Of a stretch of DNA of 40,605 nucleotides, positions 24,743 through 33,021 are shown piece by piece. Below the pieces are notes generated by a model. That model worked only from the letters and a program-made list of their open reading frames with translations, had not been told where the DNA came from and searched no databases. Within the stretch, counting starts at the first letter, position 1; every line of letters begins with the position of its first letter. The DNA is from Candidatus Binatia bacterium (GTDB taxonomy: Bacteria > Patescibacteriota > Saccharimonadia > Saccharimonadales > UBA10212). The DNA is taken from contig DATKKU010000041.1 of the NCBI GenBank assembly GCA_035542755.1, positions 1 through 40,605 of the forward strand. Direction: 5' to 3'. The position numbers were made by a program, and so were the translations under genes.

Positions 24743-26110
24743 ATGCCTGAAGAAACAATTGAAACACCCGATGAGCTGAGTCATGTAAGCGATGACGATG
24801 CCAAGCAGGTAGGCTCAGTTTCTGTTGATGCTGCTGCCAGCGACCCGGCAGGCCCTATTCACAGGGAATTCCCAAGTGTCAGCCCAAGGCCGGCTGAGTT
24901 TGAGTTTCACCAGGAGCGTTTTGATAGAATGGCAGAGCGGTTCAGGGACCGCGGAGTTCTAAAGAAACTTATTGACTGGAGAAAAGGGATTGCCTGGAAC
25001 GCAGAAATGGAACCGGAAGACTTTGCCCACCAGGAAGCCCTAAGGGACGATGCTTATTTTGAGCGAAAAAAAGATGAGGAATTCCAAGCATGGCAAAAGA
25101 ACCTCCAAGTTGTAATTGAGCATTTGAAGGAAAAACAGGACCCGGCAAACCCGGAGGGACAAAAGCGAAAAATACTGCTGCTGGTAATGGGCGGCGGCAT
25201 GAAGGGTCCTTATAGTGCCGGGCAAGTTCTGGGCTTAAATGCAATTGGCATGGGAGAGGACTTTGATACGATTGTTGGTATTTCTGCCGGAGCCGGTACC
25301 GCCGCATATTTTACAGCTGGGCCGGAACAGACACGTCTTGGAGCTTCATTATTTTACGAAGAATGTACCACAAAAGACTTTATAGATATGCGCCGGGTGC
25401 GCCAAATAATGGACGTGGATTTTGTGATTGATAGATTAAGGGAAGGCGAGAAAAAGCTTGATCAGCAAGCCATTATGGATTCGGACAAAGAGCTGTACGT
25501 TGTTGCTACCGATGCCGAAACACTAGAGTCTAGTTTGATTAATGCCAAAACCGCTAAGCCCGATATGCTCAGTGCGCTGCATGCCTCCATGTCGGCTCCA
25601 ATCGTTTACCGCGAAGCCGTAGAGGTAAACGGTGGTAAGTATATTGATGGCGCGTTTGATCCCATGCCAATTAAGAAAATTATTGACGAACTACAACCCA
25701 CCGACATACTAATTCTTCCAAATACTCCGTTTGATCGAATGGATTCTTTTGAAACCACACCAGGGGAATACTTTTTCTCGGAGCTACTTCAGGCTGCTTC
25801 TAAAATTGCTCCGCTGGCTTCACTCGGGCGTGATCTTGCACCCTTAGGCTCGCTTGGGACTGTTGAGAAGTTCTTGAGTGCTAAGCAACAGATTAGAAAA
25901 TCGCTTGAATTTATACAAAAACAAACTGGTGTGAGCATTGGCATACTTTGGCCACCCGATTCTGGCCTAACCAATGTAGGTACTAATCCAGATGCGGTTC
26001 AGGCGGCAGAGCTGGAGTCAGCCCGGGGCACAATTGAGGCCTTTGGCGAGCCCCAGCCACACGAGATAAAGCTCTATCATCATAAAGAACCAATGTCGGC
26101 TGGTATATAG
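24743..26110 (+). CDS. patatin-like phospholipase with ~150-aa N-terminal extension
   Basis: Oxyanion motif VMGGGMKG, nucleophile elbow GISAGAG (GxSxG), and catalytic Asp motif IDGAFD. Confidence 0.82.
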   Translation: MPEETIETPDELSHVSDDDAKQVGSVSVDAAASDPAGPIHREFPSVSPRPAEFEFHQERFDRMAERFRDRGVLKKLIDWRKGIAWNAEMEPEDFAHQEALRDDAYFERKKDEEFQAWQKNLQVVIEHLKEKQDPANPEGQKRKILLLVMGGGMKGPYSAGQVLGLNAIGMGEDFDTIVGISAGAGTAAYFTAGPEQTRLGASLFYEECTTKDFIDMRRVRQIMDVDFVIDRLREGEKKLDQQAIMDSDKELYVVATDAETLESSLINAKTAKPDMLSALHASMSAPIVYREAVEVNGGKYIDGAFDPMPIKKIIDELQPTDILILPNTPFDRMDSFETTPGEYFFSELLQAASKIAPLASLGRDLAPLGSLGTVEKFLSAKQQIRKSLEFIQKQTGVSIGILWPPDSGLTNVGTNPDAVQAAELESARGTIEAFGEPQPHEIKLYHHKEPMSAGI

Positions 26111-26161
26111 CCAAACAAGAACCGCTTTGCCACCGGCTTCACAAAGTGAGAGAATCTTCAT

Positions 26162-26803
26162 ATGAAGTTGCAGATAATCACTCTGTTTCCGGAGATGTTT
26201 GACGGTGTGCTGAACTCTAGCATGCTATGGAAAGCCCAAAAGCAAAACCTGGTTGAGTACGAGCTTATAAATCTGCGAGACTTTGGCATTGGTCCACGAA
26301 AGCAGGTTGACGACACTCCATACGGCGGTGGCGATGGTATGGTGCTAAAGCCCGAGCCGTTATTTGCGGCCGTGGAGCAAGCCAAAAAGACCGACCCTGA
26401 CGCTACGGTCCTGCTAATGACGCCGCGCGGAGAACTATTTAGCCAAGAAATGGCCAGGGAATTTGCGGCCACCGAAGCCGGCTTGATATTAATTTGCGGC
26501 CACTATGAGGGTTATGACGAGCGAATTACGACACTGGTAGACAAGGAACTTTCGGTCGGCAAATACATACTAACAGGCGGTGAGCTGCCGGCCATGGTTG
26601 TTGCCGACGCCGTTACACGGCTTATACCTGGGGTCCTGGGTGGCAAAACCAGCGCCGAGAAAGAAAGCTTTAGCCTGAGCAGCGAGCTTGAGCACCCGCA
26701 CTACACCCGCCCCGAGGAATTTAGAGGCCTGAAGGTTCCGGATGTACTTCTAAGCGGGAATCACGCCGAAATTGAGAGCTGGCGCAAGGATAACCAAAGA
26801 TAA
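26162..26803 (+). CDS. trmD: tRNA (guanine37-N1)-methyltransferase TrmD
   Basis: ITLFPEMF..., DDTPYGGGDGMVL, ICGHYEGYDERI and LTGGELPAMV motifs. Confidence 0.95.
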   Translation: MKLQIITLFPEMFDGVLNSSMLWKAQKQNLVEYELINLRDFGIGPRKQVDDTPYGGGDGMVLKPEPLFAAVEQAKKTDPDATVLLMTPRGELFSQEMAREFAATEAGLILICGHYEGYDERITTLVDKELSVGKYILTGGELPAMVVADAVTRLIPGVLGGKTSAEKESFSLSSELEHPHYTRPEEFRGLKVPDVLLSGNHAEIESWRKDNQR

Positions 26804-26854
26804 TTTTTCTCCAAGCTCGTGTATTATAAAAGAAGTAACAGGAGACGTTAAGAA

Positions 26855-27331
26855 ATGGCAAAAAAACAAGTTCATTGGCAACCGGTGGCAGTTGACCCTC
26901 CACCACTATCAAACAGGCAGTGGTATGTATTCAGCATTGCCGGATTTGTGCTGCTGATTGCTGGCATCTTACAGCTAATAAACTTTGCCGATTTTAGTGA
27001 TAACTTTGCAAGTTTAGGGATTACCCCACCTAGACTTTGGGCGGCGATAATAATTTTGGGTGAACTTTGGGGCGCGGCCAGCTTCTTTAAACTGCGCCTA
27101 AGCTATGCCTTTAGAATGGTAAGTAATTTTTGGGCGCTGTTTGTCAGTTTGTTTTGGTTCTACCAAAATATCCGGATAGTTAGCATGGGCAGCCAAACGG
27201 ATTTTTCCGGCTCCAACTTCTTTGGTCATTTTTTGAGCCAAACCCCGGGCTGGTGGACAGTCTTAGAATCCACCCTACTGCTAACCTTTGTTCTCTACGC
27301 GCTGAGTGTTTCATTATCTGCACGCAAGTAA
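26855..27331 (+). CDS. four-TM membrane protein (weak DoxX/MauE-like look)
   Basis: 158-aa hydrophobic ORF. The family assignment is only an impression. Confidence 0.55.
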   Translation: MAKKQVHWQPVAVDPPPLSNRQWYVFSIAGFVLLIAGILQLINFADFSDNFASLGITPPRLWAAIIILGELWGAASFFKLRLSYAFRMVSNFWALFVSLFWFYQNIRIVSMGSQTDFSGSNFFGHFLSQTPGWWTVLESTLLLTFVLYALSVSLSARK

Positions 27332-27352
27332 CTAAGCAAGAGGAGGTGAGAG

Positions 27353-27946
27353 GTGTTTAAACTACCAGATTTAGGCTACGGCTTTGACGCACTGGAACCA
27401 TATATTGACGCGCGGACGATGGAAATTCACCACGACAAGCACCACGCCACATACGTGGAAAAATTGAATGCCGCGCTGGCTAAGGCTCCGGATTTGCAAA
27501 CCAAATCTATTGAGGAAATCCTAGTGGACCTTAAGTCAGTGCCCGAAGATATCCGAACGGCTGTACAAAATAACGGCGGTGGCCACGCCAACCACAGCAT
27601 GTTTTGGCAGACCATGAAGCCGGGTGGCGCCAAGCAGCCGACCGGTAAAATTGCTGATGTTATTAAAAGTAACTTTGGCAGTTTTGATGAGTTTAAGGCT
27701 CATTTTACTGAAGCCGCCACTGGCCGCTTTGGTTCAGGTTGGGCGTGGCTGGTTAAAAGCGGCGATAAGTTTGGCATATACTCTACTGCCAATCAGGACA
27801 GCCCTTTGAGCGAGGGTAAAACGCCAATTTTAGGCCTGGATGTTTGGGAGCACGCCTACTATCTGAAGTATCAAAACAAGCGCCCCGACTATATTGAAGC
27901 TTGGTGGAATGTAGTTAACTGGGACGAAGTGGCTGGTAGGCTTTAG
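27353..27946 (+). CDS. sodA: Fe/Mn superoxide dismutase
   Basis: GTG start after [36 protein letters not shown] and [18 protein letters not shown] motifs. Confidence 0.95.
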   Translation: MFKLPDLGYGFDALEPYIDARTMEIHHDKHHATYVEKLNAALAKAPDLQTKSIEEILVDLKSVPEDIRTAVQNNGGGHANHSMFWQTMKPGGAKQPTGKIADVIKSNFGSFDEFKAHFTEAATGRFGSGWAWLVKSGDKFGIYSTANQDSPLSEGKTPILGLDVWEHAYYLKYQNKRPDYIEAWWNVVNWDEVAGRL

Positions 27947-27948
27947 CA

Positions 27949-28215
27949 ATGAGAAACAGACTCAACGAACGGCTGGACGATCTAATTGCCTACTCGGGCT
28001 TACCGGGATTTGTAGCCGGTGCCACTACCTTCGTGGTCGGAAACACCATAACCGAATTTACAGGCAATAGCTCACCGGATGCTTCCAGCGTCCATAATAC
28101 ACTTGGTTTGGGAGCGTCCGGAGTCAGTGCCCTGGTAGCTATGGGCATAGTCGCCGAGATAAGAAAAAGGCGTTATTTGGCCGAGCAAGACAACCTTCAA
28201 AGCGAAATTTCTTAA
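27949..28215 (+). CDS. small hypothetical membrane protein
   Basis: 88-aa ORF starting 2 nt after the sodA stop, with two hydrophobic segments and a terminator downstream. Confidence 0.45.
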   Translation: MRNRLNERLDDLIAYSGLPGFVAGATTFVVGNTITEFTGNSSPDASSVHNTLGLGASGVSALVAMGIVAEIRKRRYLAEQDNLQSEIS

Positions 28216-28218
28216 ATG

Positions 28219-28255
28219 AAAAAGCCCACTCCGTGAAGAGCCGAGGGGGCTTTTT
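28219..28255. terminator. bidirectional rho-independent terminator between convergent genes
   Basis: AAAAAGCCCACTC...GAGGGGGCTTTTT, a 13-bp stem with one mismatch, flanked by an A-run and a T-run. Confidence 0.75.
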
Positions 28256-28266
28256 CATAGAGCGGG

Positions 28267-28929
28267 CTACTTGCCCGGTGGCTGGAGCGTTCCGAGGTAT
28301 GCCTGGTACTGCTGTGGAGTCAGCGTCAGGACCACTCGGATCAGATGGTTGCTGAGGAAAGTCGGTAAACCCTCCGCGGCGACTCTGGGCCAGGCGCGCG
28401 TCTTGTTGATGGGTGCCTGTTTCTCCAGGTGGCCGCGTTGGAACTTGAAGAAGTGGTGTCCCACGTCCTGTCTTGAGCGGTAGTCAATTTCGTCGCTATC
28501 CACGACGAATTTGACATGACTCTTTGCACCGGCAATCGGCTCGAACTTCACCTTGGAGTATGGAATCTCAAGAATGTAGCTGGCGCTTGCGCTTCGGAAG
28601 CCCAGGCGAACAGTTGAGCTGGGTGTGAACTGACCGGACGTCGTTGAGCTGCCTCCGAACAGGAAGAAGCTGGTGTGGGTTGAGAATGAACCCACGGTTC
28701 CGCCGCCAATCGCAGCTCCGAGCTGCAGCTTGTATGTCTTGGCGGTATCCAGCTGGAACTCGTGCTTCAGGTAATCCTTGGTGAAGTAGTCGATGTGCAC
28801 GGATGACGGTCTGTTGACCTGCACCATGCATCCTGCGAACAGGAAAAGGGCGCCCAGCACGATGAGCACAGCGATGATGCCACCGACTACGTCGCCCGCC
28901 GAAACACCTTTTCTGCTCCGCGAACTCAT
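28267..28929 (-). CDS. hypothetical single-pass membrane protein (orphan)
   Basis: GGAG lies 7 nt before ATG 28929; the ORF-track start at 28971 has no RBS. TM helix IIAVLIVLGALFLFAGCMV, then a Gly/Ser/Thr-rich beta-type domain. No family recognised. Confidence 0.55.
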   Translation of the reverse strand: MSSRSRKGVSAGDVVGGIIAVLIVLGALFLFAGCMVQVNRPSSVHIDYFTKDYLKHEFQLDTAKTYKLQLGAAIGGGTVGSFSTHTSFFLFGGSSTTSGQFTPSSTVRLGFRSASASYILEIPYSKVKFEPIAGAKSHVKFVVDSDEIDYRSRQDVGHHFFKFQRGHLEKQAPINKTRAWPRVAAEGLPTFLSNHLIRVVLTLTPQQYQAYLGTLQPPGK

Positions 28930-29003
28930 ATCTGCTCCAGTTGTCGAAGGGCCAGGGGCTAGAAATCCCAATCAGCAGATTTTACAATAAATTCGCTAAA
29001 AAA

Positions 29004-29645
29004 TCAACCAAGGACGTTTACGGCGCGAGCCGTGACTAGGATAACTACCAGCAGAGAAATTAGGGCCTGGACACTCATCAGACCCTTTACAAAGTGAGTT
29101 AGCGGCAGCGTATCGGTTGGAGAAAATGCCGAGGCATTGGTAACGGATAAGTACAGGTAGTCAAAATAGCTGGGCTCCCAATCCTCGCAATCTTTTATTT
29201 TTGATTCCATCTGGGGAAAATCAAATCTGGGCTTGGCGTCGTGCTTTTTAACGCCGGTCAATCCGGGGCTGTCGGTTTCCCAGTACCAAAGGCTAAAGAC
29301 TATGATATTGGTTATAAAGATTGCCAGAGCGGCCTTTATAAGCTCTTTTCCGCCGACTTCGCTGCCGTTGAGCAGTCCGTCAATAACCAGTACCAGCGAG
29401 CTTAAGTTAGCAAAAGACACTACACCGATAAGCAAGATGGCGATAGTCCGGTTAAAGCCTTTAAAGCTAATATGGCGCTTGGGCGCGGTTATGCCAATGC
29501 TGCCGACCAAAATAAGCTCTATGATAGCGACTGTGTACTTATCGCCCCAGCGCAGCTCGGTAGGGATACCAAACTGTAAGATTATAGCCAACAAAAAAAC
29601 CAACTGTGCGTGCCAAAGTTCTCGGCGTCCTATCGGGTGCATCAT
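29004..29645 (-). CDS. DUF1345-family membrane protein
   Basis: FSLWYWETD...DFPQ...W.PSYFDYLYLSVTNASAFSPTDT...ARAVNVL matches my memory of the DUF1345 signature. Confidence 0.7.
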   Translation of the reverse strand: MMHPIGRRELWHAQLVFLLAIILQFGIPTELRWGDKYTVAIIELILVGSIGITAPKRHISFKGFNRTIAILLIGVVSFANLSSLVLVIDGLLNGSEVGGKELIKAALAIFITNIIVFSLWYWETDSPGLTGVKKHDAKPRFDFPQMESKIKDCEDWEPSYFDYLYLSVTNASAFSPTDTLPLTHFVKGLMSVQALISLLVVILVTARAVNVLG

Positions 29646-29669
29646 AATTACCCATTAGTATAGCGTTAT

Positions 29670-29698
29670 TTGGAAATTACCCCAATAAACACTATAAT
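29670..29698 (+). promoter_or_regulatory. sigma70-like promoter of tRNA-Gln
   Basis: TTGGAA (29670-29675), 17-nt spacer, TATAAT (29693-29698), 16 nt before the tRNA 5' end. There is no structured module here. Confidence 0.55.
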
Positions 29699-29714
29699 TA
29701 ACACCTGTTAACAA

Positions 29715-29788
29715 TGGGACGTGGCCAAGCGGTAAGGCACTGGGTTCTGGTCCCAGGATCGTAGGTTCGAATCCTACCGTCCCAGCCA
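29715..29788 (+). tRNA. tRNA-Gln(CTG), CCA encoded
   Basis: TGGGACGTGGCCAAGCGGTAAGGCACTGGGTTCTGGTCCCAGGATCGTAGGTTCGAATCCTACCGTCCCAGCCA. U1-A72 pair, anticodon loop TTCTGGT. Confidence 0.92.
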
Positions 29789-29799
29789 AGCATAAACAC

Positions 29800-30372
29800 T
29801 TAGAACACGAGTGGGATTAGCATTTTTGTTTTTGCCTTGTAAGAGGGGTAGACTTTCGGAAACTGCTGCATCATCAATTTTTCTTCAGCAAAAGCACTGT
29901 AAATAAAGTAGACACTGGCAATAATAAAAACTATTAACCAATACATATTGACGATAAGAAACGACCCGAGCACCATGAGTAAGATGCCGGTGTATATAGG
30001 GTGTCGGATATAGCTGTACGGTCCTGAAGTGACTAATTCCGGAGCTTGTTTTTTCGTCATTGGCATGCCCCAGTTTTTGCCTAAATGCCTCCGAGCCCAA
30101 ATAGCGATAATAAAACCGAGCAAAAATATAAGGAAACCCGTAGCCATGACTGCGTGATTATGTATCTCGTTTTGGTAGTGATTTTTGAGTGAATCAGGTA
30201 AGTGATTGAATACCAGCGCCAACAATATAGCCAAAGGCCAAATAGCTAGGCGTACAGCAAAAAACTGACCTATATTCGTGGGGGTTCCTATTTTAGATTG
30301 ACGGGCTGAAACTATCCAATAGATCCAAAAAATAATCCAGCCTATGGCAATGATGAAAGTTAAGTGACGCAT
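29800..30372 (-). CDS. ICMT/PEMT-family membrane methyltransferase
   Basis: Polytopic protein with LVTSGPYSYIRHPIYTGILL, the typical isoprenylcysteine carboxyl / phospholipid methyltransferase C-terminal motif. Confidence 0.82.
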   Translation of the reverse strand: MRHLTFIIAIGWIIFWIYWIVSARQSKIGTPTNIGQFFAVRLAIWPLAILLALVFNHLPDSLKNHYQNEIHNHAVMATGFLIFLLGFIIAIWARRHLGKNWGMPMTKKQAPELVTSGPYSYIRHPIYTGILLMVLGSFLIVNMYWLIVFIIASVYFIYSAFAEEKLMMQQFPKVYPSYKAKTKMLIPLVF

Positions 30373-30426
30373 AGAATTAGTGTAGCAAAGTCATAACCTG
30401 GTAACAGATGCTCCGCTAAGAATGTA

Positions 30427-32031
30427 CTAAGTGGTTTTTTCGGCGATTAGCAGCATGTTGGTAACCGGAAAGTCCAAAGGCTTAAGACCGTCATCGCCAC
30501 GAACAAATAGCTGCGCGCCGTCTTTATATCTATTTTCTATAACCCAGTCGTTGGTGTAGGCGTTGGAACCATCCATAACGCTAAAGCCGACCTGCTTTAC
30601 GGCCTGGCACCACTGCTCATAGTTCCAATAACAAAAAGTCTCGTGCATTTCGCTGTACCAACTATCCGTGTAATCTTTTTTGCTCAAAAACTCACAGGCA
30701 TCAGCCAGCCGCAGCTCAATGTACTCGGAACCGTTGTCCTGAACTTGCTTGAACTCAAACTTTTGCTGCTCCTCGGCTCTAAAGTCTCTGGAAAAGCGGC
30801 GAAAGCGGCCCAAAGTAGAAAGCTCTTTAATATGCTCGGTATCAACTTTGGGAGAGACATCTATTTCTTCCCAGTTTTCGGTGCGGCCGTTAGAGTTATT
30901 TAGTTTGAGTAGCACTAGCTGGTCTTTATTGTCTGGAGCGACGACGTCGGAGTTTATAAAAACTCCGCCGCTGGCGGTTTGGGCGTATATTTTTTTAATA
31001 AATTGAAGTAAGGCGTCGCGGCCCAAGTATGACTCTATTTCGTGGGTTAGAGAGAAGGTGGTCGTGGTATCTATAGAATTATCGGGAAATATCATGCCGG
31101 TCATGATGTTGCGCTGATAAAAAAAGACGTTGTCGTTAGAAAACTCACCGTTTTTTCGGCGCTGTTCGCAAATATCATAGAGCTTACGTGAGGCCTCAAT
31201 GCCGTATAGGTCTGACTCTGCTAGCTTTGGGTCGCGGCTCATCAGCTGGATAACGCCGCCGGTGGCGCAACCTATGTCAACCACTCGGCCGCTTTTAATA
31301 AATGGTTTGATGAGCTCAAACTTGCGCTCGGCGCCAACTTCAAAATCCCGGCGATAAGTTTCGTAGTCGCGGGTTTCGGTGATGTCGCCCTCGTCGCCCA
31401 GCAGTGGGTCGTTAAAAACCTCTAAAATCAAGTCGCCCAGACGATATTTTTCCAGCATTTGACGCGATGAGTAATGAACATCACTTTGATAAAGCGGGTC
31501 GTTTCGCCAACTGGCGCCGGCGGCAACTATAGCCAGCACCAAATCCCAGGGACGTTTGTGCGAAGCCTCGGCGGTCTGTCGGTTAGTAAGCTCTGCCGGG
31601 GCGATGACGTAGCCCAACTTTTCGTACATATCAATCACCGAAGGCGTAGAGCATAGCACCAACGTATTACTAGGCGAAATATTAAATTGGCCTCGGCTTT
31701 GGACGGTTATTTCTTTGATGACAAAGTCGGCAAAGCGCTGAGTGTAGCCCAAGTCATTAATCGGATAAGAAAAACTAGTGGCCGGCAGTTCCTCACAAAA
31801 AGTTTCAATGGCCTGCTCGCGGCGGTTGCTGGGTATGGGGTTGCGGCGGGTGTTTTCGTGGTTAGCAGACGTTACTGCCCATATGATGTTGGGACTCGGG
31901 CGGAGCTTTATTGGTTGGCCGTTAATATCAAGCGACTGGCCGTCGCTGAGCAAGTTCTTTAAATATTCATATTGAAAGTTAGTCAGCAAATGGTGGCGTC
32001 CGGGTATTAAGATGTTTTCAAATGTTGACAT
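30427..32031 (-). CDS. fusion protein: nucleotidyltransferase-like N-domain (degenerate HxGH) plus class I SAM-dependent methyltransferase
   Basis: The N-terminus IPGRHHLLTNFQ...AVTSANHENTRRNPIPSNRRE resembles the NadM/NMNAT-type GRFQPFHxGH...SA....NPF..ER layout, but the HxGH positions read TNFQ. The middle has VVDIGCATGGV (SAM motif I). The 534 aa are otherwise unassigned. Confidence 0.6.
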   Translation of the reverse strand: MSTFENILIPGRHHLLTNFQYEYLKNLLSDGQSLDINGQPIKLRPSPNIIWAVTSANHENTRRNPIPSNRREQAIETFCEELPATSFSYPINDLGYTQRFADFVIKEITVQSRGQFNISPSNTLVLCSTPSVIDMYEKLGYVIAPAELTNRQTAEASHKRPWDLVLAIVAAGASWRNDPLYQSDVHYSSRQMLEKYRLGDLILEVFNDPLLGDEGDITETRDYETYRRDFEVGAERKFELIKPFIKSGRVVDIGCATGGVIQLMSRDPKLAESDLYGIEASRKLYDICEQRRKNGEFSNDNVFFYQRNIMTGMIFPDNSIDTTTTFSLTHEIESYLGRDALLQFIKKIYAQTASGGVFINSDVVAPDNKDQLVLLKLNNSNGRTENWEEIDVSPKVDTEHIKELSTLGRFRRFSRDFRAEEQQKFEFKQVQDNGSEYIELRLADACEFLSKKDYTDSWYSEMHETFCYWNYEQWCQAVKQVGFSVMDGSNAYTNDWVIENRYKDGAQLFVRGDDGLKPLDFPVTNMLLIAEKTT

Positions 32032-32123
32032 AATTAAAGGTTAGCACAAATTTAGGGGTTCAACTTTCGTCCTAAAAAAGCGGGACTCGTCAGCACGAGG
32101 AAAACTCGTGGAGTTGAGGGGGT

Positions 32124-32153
32124 GGCGGAGGTTCGCGTACGCGAACCTCCGCC
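32124..32153 (-). terminator. 30-nt perfect GC-rich palindrome, probable terminator of the island operon
   Basis: GGCGGAGGTTCGCG-TA-CGCGAACCTCCGCC lies 47 nt downstream of the vWA stop. A second hairpin CACGAG-GAAAA-CTCGTG and an A/T-run lie further downstream on the minus strand. Confidence 0.6.
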
Positions 32154-32199
32154 TGTCGGGAGCGATGGCTCAACCGACTAATGAGTGGGCGCGTGCGGG

Positions 32200-32982
32200 T
32201 TAGCCGCCAAAACCGCCAAGGGCGGTCTGGCTGAAGCTGCCAGCACTCTGGCTGGCGCGCACCGCGCTTTGACTGACGACCGCGAAGGCCTTGCGAATCT
32301 CGCTGGGCGAATTGCCCGGCGTGAGAATCCAGGTGTCCGGAATTCCCATGTCCGCGAAGATCTGGCGGAAGTCGGTGTGGCCGTCGTCGATACCGATGGC
32401 GGCCACGATGTGCTGTTCCGTCTTGAGCAGGCCCTGCACGATGGCCCTGACGTTGTCGGGCGTGTCGTAGGTGGAGTCCTCGCCATCGGTGACGATGACG
32501 GTGATGGCTCGCACTGCGACGCCGCCTGCCTCGAACTGGGCCACCTTTGCGGCCACACTGGTGAGTGTGACTGCTGCCTCCCGGTAAAGAGGCGTGCCGC
32601 CTGACGGGTTGTAGTTGCTGTTGTCCAGCTTGACGGCACCGGCCAGGGGCCGGTAGGCGTAGAAGACACCGCGGTTGAGCAGGTCGCAGCCGATCAGAAC
32701 ATCGGCCGACTGCTTGGACCCTGCCAGTGCCTCCACCACCTCGTTGCCGCCAATCCGCACTGCCTCAGGGTTGCCCGGAACGTAGGCGATGGAGCTGCTG
32801 TCGTCCAGCAGCATCCGCACCAGGACCGCCTCGCTGGAGCTGACGTCGTCCAGGCTGACGTCCCCCAGGCCCGCCATGATGGCGGGCCCCAGGGTATCGG
32901 CCGTCAACTCCATGGCCGCCGTGGCGCTGGCGTCCAGGCCGGCATCTCCCAGCAGGCTGCTGAGGTTTGCACTGTCACTCAT
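32200..32982 (-). CDS. vWA-domain protein, TerY-like (MIDAS intact)
   Basis: AAGGA RBS upstream. MIDAS motif LLDDSSS (DxSxS), followed by GGTPLY and VTDGEDS. Size and layout fit TerY-type vWA proteins. Confidence 0.85.
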   Translation of the reverse strand: MSDSANLSSLLGDAGLDASATAAMELTADTLGPAIMAGLGDVSLDDVSSSEAVLVRMLLDDSSSIAYVPGNPEAVRIGGNEVVEALAGSKQSADVLIGCDLLNRGVFYAYRPLAGAVKLDNSNYNPSGGTPLYREAAVTLTSVAAKVAQFEAGGVAVRAITVIVTDGEDSTYDTPDNVRAIVQGLLKTEQHIVAAIGIDDGHTDFRQIFADMGIPDTWILTPGNSPSEIRKAFAVVSQSAVRASQSAGSFSQTALGGFGG

Positions 32983-33021
32983 TTTTATTTTCCTTTCTTC
33001 CAGGTTTAGCCAGCGCTCTGG

